Source: an uncultured Bacillota bacterium (lineage in GTDB: Bacteria; Bacillota; Limnochordia; Limnochordales; ZCTH02-B6). From it: a stretch of DNA of 64,000 bases. The stretch lies in the NCBI GenBank assembly GCA_937916565.1, contig CALFSR010000021.1, positions 122-64,121 on the forward strand. The letters are read 5' to 3'. The stretch's first letter is position 1, and every line of letters starts with the position of its first letter. The position numbers were made by a program, and so were the translations under genes. Below, in pieces: positions 57,404-64,000 of this stretch. The notes below the pieces were generated by a model that was not told the origin of the DNA, made no database searches, and saw nothing but the letters and a program-made list of their open reading frames with translations.

Positions 57404-58552
57404 CTAGCGGGCGCGCAGAAAAGCCTGGAAAACCTGGTTGGCCACGGGCAGGCCGCGGCTTGTAAGGCGCAGGCGCTCCCCATCCCACCGGACCAGCCCA
57501 AGGTCGACGAGGCGGGCGATTTCCGGGCCGAAGGCGTCGTCGAGCGGCCGGCCAAACCGGTGCTCGAAGGCGGCCGCGTCGACACCTTCGAGCAGGCGCA
57601 ATCCAAGGATGACCGTATCTTCCTCGGCTGTCGCCTCGTCGACCGCTTCCCGCCTGGCGATGGGCAGTTCCCCCGCGGCAAGGCGGCGGGCGTAATCATG
57701 GGGCAGCCGCTCGTTGGAAAACCGCTCCCCGCGCCAGTGGGAGTGGGCCCCGGGTCCGAGGCCGAGCCATTCGCCGTTCAACCAATAGATCCGGTTGTGC
57801 CCCGACTGAAAGCCCGGGCGTGCCCAGTTGGATATCTCGTAATGCTCGTAGCCCGCGGCGCCGAGCTCCTCCATGGCAAGCTCATACATCGCCAGTTCCG
57901 CGTCGTCGCCGGGGAGCGGCAGGGCGTTTTGGGCGTGCAGATCGCCAAACGGCGTGCCTTCCTCGATGATAAGGCTGTAGCAGGAGATGTGCTCCGGTCC
58001 CCAGGCGATGATCTCCCGCAAGGTGCGCCGCCAGTCCGAAACGTCCTGCCCCGGCAAGCCGAACATGAGGTCGACGTTGATGTTGCCAAAACCCATCCGC
58101 CGGGCCCGGTCGAAACAGTCGGCCGCGTGGCGCGCGCCGTGGATTCGCCCTAGGCGCTCGAGCAGGCTGTCGTTTAGGGTCTGCACCCCGAGGCTGATGC
58201 GGTTGACGCCTCCCGCCCTCAGCGCGGCCAAGCGTGCGTCGGTGAGCGTACCGGGATTGGCCTCGACCGTCACTTCCGCTCCCGGGCGCAGGGCGAGCGG
58301 CCTGAGAACGGCAAACAAGCGGTCGAGCTGCCCGGGCCCTAGCGCCGTCGGCGTGCCGCCGCCGATGTAGAGGGTGTCAAAAGGGTCGCCGGGCGGCGCT
58401 GCGCCGGCAGCATACAGATGCGCCTCCCGCCCGAGGGCGTCTAGGTAGTCCTCGACGCCCCCGTCGCGGAGCAGGTAGGTGTTGAAGTCGCAGTAGTGGC
58501 AGCGCTTCTCGCAGAATGGAACGTGCACGTACAGCCCGCGCCCAGGCCGCAT
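57404..58552 (-). CDS. hemW: radical SAM heme chaperone HemW (HemN-like, oxygen-independent coproporphyrinogen oxidase family)
   Basis: YVHVPFCEKRCHYCDF radical-SAM cluster. Start ATG at 58552 shares one nt with the lepA TGA (TGATG). Confidence 0.9.
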   Translation of the reverse strand: MRPGRGLYVHVPFCEKRCHYCDFNTYLLRDGGVEDYLDALGREAHLYAAGAAPPGDPFDTLYIGGGTPTALGPGQLDRLFAVLRPLALRPGAEVTVEANPGTLTDARLAALRAGGVNRISLGVQTLNDSLLERLGRIHGARHAADCFDRARRMGFGNINVDLMFGLPGQDVSDWRRTLREIIAWGPEHISCYSLIIEEGTPFGDLHAQNALPLPGDDAELAMYELAMEELGAAGYEHYEISNWARPGFQSGHNRIYWLNGEWLGLGPGAHSHWRGERFSNERLPHDYARRLAAGELPIARREAVDEATAEEDTVILGLRLLEGVDAAAFEHRFGRPLDDAFGPEIARLVDLGLVRWDGERLRLTSRGLPVANQVFQAFLRAR

Positions 58553-60348
58553 CAGTCGATCCGCAGGACGGCCATAAAGGCTTCCTGGGGCACCTCGACG
58601 CGGCCGAGCTGCTTCATGCGCTTCTTGCCTTCCTTTTGCTTCTCCAGCAGCTTGCGCTTGCGGGTTACGTCGCCGCCGTAGCATTTGGCCAGCACGTCCT
58701 TACGGAGGGCGCGCACGGTTTCCCGGGCGATGACTTTGCGACCGATGGCCGCCTGGATGGGAACTTCAAAAAGCTGGCGCGGGATGACTTCCTTGAGCTT
58801 CTCCGCCAGTTGCCGTCCCCGGGCGTACGCCTTGTCCCGGTGGACGATGCAGGAAAGCGCGTCCACGGGTTCGCCGAGGAGCAGGATGTCCATTTTCACC
58901 AGGTCGCTGGCGCGATAGCCGATGAGCTCGTAATCCAGGGAAGCATAACCGCGGCTGCGGGTCTTAAGCTTGTCAAAGAAGTCCATCAAGATTTCGCTTA
59001 GCGGGAGCTCATAGGTGAGCTGCACCCGCTCTTGGGTGGTGTATTCCATGTTGACGAACGTTCCCCGCCGGTCCTGGCACAGCTCCATCAAGGGCCCCAC
59101 GTACTCCGCGGGCGACATGATGGTCGCGCGGACGTACGGCTCCTCCACGTGCTCGATGTACTGCGGCTCGGGGAAACGGGCAGGGTTGTCCACCTCGACC
59201 ACGTCGCCGCTGGTCAAAAGCACCCGGTAGACGACGCTCGGCGCGGTCGTGATGAGATTGAGGCCGAACTCCCGTTCCAGCCGCTCCTGGACGATCTCCA
59301 TGTGCAGGAGGCCCAAAAAACCGCAGCGGAAGCCGAAACCCAGGGCTGTGGACGTCTCGGCCTCAAACGTGAGGGCGGCGTCGTTGAGCCTCAGCTTTTC
59401 CAAGGCGTCCCGCAGGTCGGCGTAATCCTCGTTGTCGACGGGGTACAGGCCGCAAAACACCATCGGTTTCACCGGGCGGTACCCGGGCAGCGGCTCCGCC
59501 GCAGGACGGCCGGCTTCCGTAATCGTGTCGCCGATACGGGTGTCCCGCACATTGCGGATCGTCGCCAGGATGCAGCCGACCTCCCCCGCGGACAGCTGCG
59601 GCACGGGCGTCTCGCGGGGCAGGAACACGCCCACCTGGTCCACCTCGAACGTCTTGCCCGAGCTCATCATCTTGATGGTCATTCCCGGGCGGACGGTCCC
59701 CTCGACGATGCGGACGTACGCAACGACGCCGCGGTAGGAGTCAAAGTGGGAGTCAAAGATGAGGGCGCGCAGCGGCGCCTCCGGATCGCCCTTGGGCGGC
59801 GGCACGCGCTGGATAATCGCCTCCAGGATCTCGTCGACGCCCTGGCCGGTCTTGGCGCTGGCCAAAATCGCCGTGGCCGGGTCAAGGCCGATCGTGTCCC
59901 GGATCTCCCGCAGCACCCGGTCTGGATCAGCGTTGGGCAAGTCAATCTTGTTGACGACCGGAATGATCTCGAGATCGTGCTCGAGCGCGAGGTAGCAATT
60001 GGCCAGCGTCTGGGCTTCCACGCCCTGGGTGGCGTCCACGACGAGCAGCGCGCCCTCGCACGCGGCCAAACTCCGGGAGACCTCATAGGAAAAGTCCACA
60101 TGGCCCGGGGTGTCGATCAGGTTGAGGACGTACTCCTGCCCGTCCCGCGCCCGGTACTGCAGGCGCACGGCGGTGAGCTTGATGGTGATTCCCCGCTCGC
60201 GCTCCAGATCCATGCTGTCAAGGATCTGGTCCTTCATCTCCCGCTGGGACAGATGGCCCGCCCGCTCCAGCAGCCGGTCGGCCAAGGTCGACTTCCCGTG
60301 ATCGATGTGGGCGATGATGCAGAAGTTGCGTATGCGCCGCTGATGCAT
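58552..60348 (-). CDS. lepA: translation elongation factor 4 (LepA)
   Basis: [34 protein letters not shown] and the LepA C-terminal domain. Start ATG at 60348 gives MHQRRIRNF. Confidence 0.95.
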   Translation of the reverse strand: MHQRRIRNFCIIAHIDHGKSTLADRLLERAGHLSQREMKDQILDSMDLERERGITIKLTAVRLQYRARDGQEYVLNLIDTPGHVDFSYEVSRSLAACEGALLVVDATQGVEAQTLANCYLALEHDLEIIPVVNKIDLPNADPDRVLREIRDTIGLDPATAILASAKTGQGVDEILEAIIQRVPPPKGDPEAPLRALIFDSHFDSYRGVVAYVRIVEGTVRPGMTIKMMSSGKTFEVDQVGVFLPRETPVPQLSAGEVGCILATIRNVRDTRIGDTITEAGRPAAEPLPGYRPVKPMVFCGLYPVDNEDYADLRDALEKLRLNDAALTFEAETSTALGFGFRCGFLGLLHMEIVQERLEREFGLNLITTAPSVVYRVLLTSGDVVEVDNPARFPEPQYIEHVEEPYVRATIMSPAEYVGPLMELCQDRRGTFVNMEYTTQERVQLTYELPLSEILMDFFDKLKTRSRGYASLDYELIGYRASDLVKMDILLLGEPVDALSCIVHRDKAYARGRQLAEKLKEVIPRQLFEVPIQAAIGRKVIARETVRALRKDVLAKCYGGDVTRKRKLLEKQKEGKKRMKQLGRVEVPQEAFMAVLRID

Positions 60349-60354
60349 GGACCC

Positions 60355-60363
60355 ATTATAGCA
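60355..60363 (-). promoter_or_regulatory. extended -10 (TGCTATAAT) 6 nt upstream of the lepA ATG
   Basis: Minus strand TGCTATAAT-GGGTCC-ATG. There is no SD between them. Confidence 0.4.
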
Positions 60364-60440
60364 GAAATATGGTGCACCGCACCAGGACACGACGTTGCCA
60401 AGGGCGAAGCTCTTGCCTTTGGTTCTACGGAGGACAGCTC

Positions 60441-62012
60441 ATGTCAAGCTCCCGCTCGGTGGCCCGCAATGCGGGCGTCGTCATGCTCCTCATCCTCATC
60501 TCCCGCCTGTTGGGCTTCGTCCGCGAGCGGGCCATCGCCGACGTGTTTGGCCTCACCTGGGAAACCGACGCGTTCCGCGCCGCGTTCAACATCCCGGACC
60601 TCATGTACTTCCTCCTGGTCGGCGGGGCGATCAGCTCCGCGTTCATCCCCGTGTTCAGCACCTACCTCGCCCGGGGCCAAGAAGACGAAGCGTGGCGCAT
60701 GGCCTCCACGTTCATCACCTTCATCAGCGGCGGGCTCGTGCTCCTCACCGTTCTCGGCGTCGTCTTTTCGCCGTGGCTCGCACCGCTGGTCGCCCCCGGA
60801 TTCGGTGACCAGCAGATGGCGCTCCTCGTGGTGCTCATGCGGGCCATGTTCCCGGCGGTGCTCTTTACGGCCCTCGCCGGCGTCGGCATGGGCGTGCACA
60901 ACGCCTACCAGCGCTTTGCCGTGCCCCTGCTCGGCCCCATCTTCTACAACGTCGCCATCACCTTGGGCGCGTACCTGCTCGGCCCCGTCATGGGCATCAT
61001 GGGGATGGCCGCCGGCACGGTGGCGGGCGCGATCGGAAACTTCCTCATCCAGGCGCCCTTCGTGGCCCGCACGGCCTGCCGGTTTCCGTGGCGCATGGAT
61101 TGGCGGCACCCGGGGCTGCGCAAGGTCGGGCGGCTGATGGTTCCCACCATCATCGGGCTCTCCATCGTGCAGCTCAACACCATCATCCTGACCGCCCTGG
61201 CGTCGACGCTGGCGGAAGGCCACATTACGGCCCTGAATCTCGCGAACCGGCTCGTGCAGCTCCCCTTGGGCGTGTTCGGCATGGGAATGTCCATGGTCAT
61301 TTTCCCGGTGATGGCGCGCCTTGCGGCGCTCGGCGACATGCAGGAGTTCGGCCGCACGTTGAGTACGGGACTGCGAACGGTGCTCTTTGTGACGGTGCCG
61401 TCCGCGGCGGGGCTCGTCGCCTTGGGAGAACCCATCGTGAGGCTCCTGTTTGAGGTGGGGGCCTTTGGCCCCGACGACACCCGGACGACCGCCTACGCCC
61501 TTTGGTTTTTCTCTGCCGGCGTGTTCGCCCTCTCATCGGTGCAGGTGCTGACGCGGGCGTTTTATTCGCTCCAGGACACGGTAACGCCGGTCAAGATCGG
61601 GCTGCTCAGCGTGGTGACCAACACCGGCCTGAGCCTTGTCTTCCTGCGCTGGACCGCCCTTCAGCACGGCGGGCTCGCCTTGGCGTTTTCCGTTGCGGCG
61701 GTAGTGCAAATGCTCGCGCAGATCGCCGCGCTCCGCCCCAAGCTGGGCGGGCGGCTCGAGCTTAAGGCCGTGGCCGGAACCTTCGCTCGGTCGTGCTTGG
61801 CCGCGGCCGTCCTGTTTCCCGCTGCACGCTGGACCGGTACCGTAATCGGCGCCCACGTGGACCTGGTCCTCGTCCCGGGGCGGCTCCTGCAGGTCCTGGC
61901 AGGCGTTGCGGCGGGCGTCTTGGCCTACGGAGTCGTAGCGCTCCTTCTGCGCATGGAGGAGCTAGGGTTCGTCCTGTCCGCCCTCCGCCGCATGGTCCGC
62001 CGCTCATCCTAG
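60441..62012 (+). CDS. murJ: lipid II flippase MurJ (MviN)
   Basis: SRLLGFVRERAIADVFG N-terminal signature and a polytopic MOP-family profile. SD GGAGGA, 6 nt, then ATG at 60441. Confidence 0.9.
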   Translation: MSSSRSVARNAGVVMLLILISRLLGFVRERAIADVFGLTWETDAFRAAFNIPDLMYFLLVGGAISSAFIPVFSTYLARGQEDEAWRMASTFITFISGGLVLLTVLGVVFSPWLAPLVAPGFGDQQMALLVVLMRAMFPAVLFTALAGVGMGVHNAYQRFAVPLLGPIFYNVAITLGAYLLGPVMGIMGMAAGTVAGAIGNFLIQAPFVARTACRFPWRMDWRHPGLRKVGRLMVPTIIGLSIVQLNTIILTALASTLAEGHITALNLANRLVQLPLGVFGMGMSMVIFPVMARLAALGDMQEFGRTLSTGLRTVLFVTVPSAAGLVALGEPIVRLLFEVGAFGPDDTRTTAYALWFFSAGVFALSSVQVLTRAFYSLQDTVTPVKIGLLSVVTNTGLSLVFLRWTALQHGGLALAFSVAAVVQMLAQIAALRPKLGGRLELKAVAGTFARSCLAAAVLFPAARWTGTVIGAHVDLVLVPGRLLQVLAGVAAGVLAYGVVALLLRMEELGFVLSALRRMVRRSS

Positions 62013-63433
62013 CGAGCGTTGCTTGCCGCCACAAGCTCGGCCACGATTTCCGCCAGCACATCCGCCACCAGTTCGGCCGACCGTACGGCCTCCTCCAGAT
62101 GATTGTCGTAGGATCCGATCTCCACCAGGACGGCCCGGGGGTGCAGGTCTTGGTTGAGGCGGGAGTCGGGGCGCTCGATGACGCGCCGGAACATTCCCGG
62201 GTAACGAGCGCTGATGCGGGCCGCAAGCGCCTGGGCAAAGGCAAGGTTCGTTGGCCAGCCAGGGTGCATGGCGGTGTTGGTGCCGACAACGAGAGCAACC
62301 TGGGCAACCCGCTGCCCGGCGACGGTGGCCACCAAGCCCTCCGGGGCATCCCGGTGGATGTCCAGCACGACTTCGATTTGGGGGTTGCGCGCCAGCGCCC
62401 GCTGCACGGTGGCGCGGGATTCGATGTACGCCCGGGGATGGGACGGCCAGTCGTGGATGTCCACCTCATGGCACACCGGAATGCCGTACACGTCCGTCAA
62501 GCGGCGGCTCAACGCCCGGCCGACAGCCACGATCCCCGTCTCGGTCGTGTTCCATAGGTGGTAGGCGTCCGCTTGCGCCGGCGCGAACGATCCGGTCCGG
62601 TACGTCTCCGACGTGTGGGTGTGGTAGATGAGGACGCGGCATCCGTCACCCCATTGAACGGCCAACAAACGCTCCCGCCAATCCGGTGCGCTCGTCCCCC
62701 CGGAAGGCCGTGCAGGGTCGGACTGGGTCGAACCCAGGAGATCTTCCTGCGCGGAAGGAGCAGCCGCGGAGGGCGGAAGCCCCTGCGGCACACCGGCATC
62801 TCCGTCGCGGGCAAGCGGCGGGCGGACTCGCGGATCTTCGCCCGCGCCCTCATCGAGCGCCCCTGCGCCCTGAAAGCCCGGCCCGTCACCGGCCGGAGCG
62901 ACGATGACCGACGGGCGTGGAAAGCTCGCGGTAGGCGGCGCAGCAGCAGCGGCGCGCTCGTGGTTGTACTCGCCCAAGACCGGGATACCCGCCGACAGCA
63001 GCGTCGCGGGATCGTGCAAGTCATAGCGGGTCAAAGCGTAGACGACCGCACCGACGTCTCCCCTCCAGCCGGCAGCGGGAGTATCCGCGGGCGACCTGTC
63101 GTCCCCCGCCCACACGCCCATGGGCAACCCCTGCCGCAAGGCGGCGCTGCCGAGCGCCCCGTCCACGTCGGCCAAGGCGGCGACCGCCGGGAGCCACGCG
63201 TTCACGGCGCCCGCCGCGCTCTCCCATGCCGCGGTGAACCACCGGATGGCGCGGACCTTCGCCTGTGGGTAGGTGCGATCGACGGCCACGGCGGCCGCCC
63301 CGATGGCGAGGAGCAGCCAGAAGGCAAGCAGGTAGCGCACCGGGCGCGTCAAGGATCGCCTGGCAAGGCGCGCGCAGCGCAACCGGTGGAGTCGGACGCG
63401 CCAGCGCAACCACGCCCAGAAACCCCTCCCCAC
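62009..63433 (-). CDS. spoIIP: stage II sporulation protein P
   Basis: C-terminal SpoIIP domain (IYHTHTSETY...DIHRD...LVEIGSYDN). N-terminal TM helix. SD AAGGAGGAGG, 6 nt, then GTG at 63433. Near lepA, as in B. subtilis. Confidence 0.85.
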   Translation of the reverse strand: MGRGFWAWLRWRVRLHRLRCARLARRSLTRPVRYLLAFWLLLAIGAAAVAVDRTYPQAKVRAIRWFTAAWESAAGAVNAWLPAVAALADVDGALGSAALRQGLPMGVWAGDDRSPADTPAAGWRGDVGAVVYALTRYDLHDPATLLSAGIPVLGEYNHERAAAAAPPTASFPRPSVIVAPAGDGPGFQGAGALDEGAGEDPRVRPPLARDGDAGVPQGLPPSAAAPSAQEDLLGSTQSDPARPSGGTSAPDWRERLLAVQWGDGCRVLIYHTHTSETYRTGSFAPAQADAYHLWNTTETGIVAVGRALSRRLTDVYGIPVCHEVDIHDWPSHPRAYIESRATVQRALARNPQIEVVLDIHRDAPEGLVATVAGQRVAQVALVVGTNTAMHPGWPTNLAFAQALAARISARYPGMFRRVIERPDSRLNQDLHPRAVLVEIGSYDNHLEEAVRSAELVADVLAEIVAELVAASNAR

Positions 63434-63570
63434 GGCACACCTCCTCCTTCGGCGGACGGACGCCGGTGTCACTGCCAGTCTATGGGACGACCCGGATGCG
63501 TTATGCCGCGGCCGGGACATATCGCGACACCGCCGCCCGTATGGATAGCGATCGGAGGGGGCGGGACACG

Positions 63571-64000
63571 GTGGCGCGGCGGGCTTGGCATCGGCTGCTC
63601 GTAATGGTGCTGGGCGCGGGGCTGGCCGCGGCCGGGACCGCCGGGTGGCTCCTGTGGCTCGGCCCCCGCTTTGACGCGGCCGGCATCTCGATTAACCCAA
63701 GGGCCCGGGTTGACCCAGCGCGCCGGTATGAGGTGGTGGTCTGGGAGGAAGAAATCGCCGCGCCATGGGCGCGCGAGTCCCAACAGGAGGTTCTTGCGGG
63801 CGCCATCGAGGCGTTTCGCCAGCGCTGGCCCAATGTGGACATCGTCGTCCACGTCATCGATGCCGGGGAGGGCCGGGCACGCCTCACCGAAGCGGTCGCC
63901 GCGGGCCGGCCCCCCGACATATACGGCACCGTGCGGGGGATGGTCTACCACCCGTCGCACCAGATTCCCGCGGGACCGTACCTCCCGGCGGCGGCGGAAG
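63571..64000 (+). CDS. membrane-anchored extracellular solute-binding-protein-like ORF (partial, runs off window)
   Basis: Not in the ORF track because no stop lies inside the window. SD GGAGGGGG, 9 nt, then GTG at 63571 (an in-frame ATG is at 63541). TM helix LLVMVLGAGLAAAG, then YEVVVWEEE...AIEAFRQRWPNVDIVVHVID...AVAAGRPPDIYG, typical of the N-terminus of family-1 SBPs. Confidence 0.45.
   Translation, partial: MARRAWHRLLVMVLGAGLAAAGTAGWLLWLGPRFDAAGISINPRARVDPARRYEVVVWEEEIAAPWARESQQEVLAGAIEAFRQRWPNVDIVVHVIDAGEGRARLTEAVAAGRPPDIYGTVRGMVYHPSHQIPAGPYLPAAAE

Noticed and set aside
59032-61137. 701-aa plus-strand ORF spanning lepA and the start of murJ
   Set aside because: Its first two-thirds are antisense to lepA (strong EF-4 homology). 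The remainder is out of frame with murJ. No SD is present and the sequence is low-complexity.

Overview
High-GC (about two-thirds G+C by eye, not computed) Firmicutes-type chromosome segment. It has strong GGAGG Shine-Dalgarno (SD) sites and endospore genes (sigK, yqfC, yqfD, spoIIP). The style resembles Symbiobacterium, Thermaerobacter or Limnochorda, but the organism cannot be verified from the sequence alone.

About 60 protein genes are present, and almost all are on the minus strand. Their order is a concatenation of conserved blocks known from Bacillus subtilis:
- aroK / yqeH / yqeG
- sigK
- mltG / DUF1292 / ruvX / ireB / alaS
- mnmA / iscS / cymR
- rarA / aspS / hisS
- PPIase, then dtd / relA / apt / recJ / yrvD-like
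- ubiB-like kinase, then secF / secD
- thioesterase and HD protein, then yajC / tgt / queA
- era / dgkA-cdd / ybeY / pgpH / phoH / yqfD / yqfC / floA / nfeD / rpsU
- rsmE / prmA / dnaJ / dnaK / grpE / hrcA (with a perfect CIRCE element)
- hemW / lepA / spoIIP

The plus-strand genes are pyrD, murJ, a lipoprotein / S8 protease / BsuPI-like inhibitor trio, and a truncated solute-binding-like ORF at the 3' edge.

Many long six-frame ORFs are GC artefacts or carry false N-terminal extensions. Starts were re-set using SD spacing and homolog N-termini.

The only clearly non-backbone segment is about 42.7-49.5 kb. It holds HIT, acyl-CoA dehydrogenase plus TetR, a metallophosphoesterase, tatA, an orphan repeat protein, and the lipoprotein / S8 protease / inhibitor trio.

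Most unusual items:
1. An orphan 109-aa hyper-basic protein made of 18 tandem pentapeptides, with its own sigma-K-like promoter and terminator (46.27-46.67 kb).
2. A lipoprotein ORF and an S8 protease ORF in one reading frame, split by a single TAA. A BsuPI-type inhibitor follows.
3. A probable 6S RNA gene hidden inside a spurious N-terminal extension of rarA.
4. A dgkA-cdd gene fusion that keeps an internal SD.
5. A DUF1292 protein with a poly-His head.
6. Two candidate leaderless genes (lepA, pyrD).

No tRNA or rRNA genes, CRISPR arrays, transposases or prophage genes were seen.
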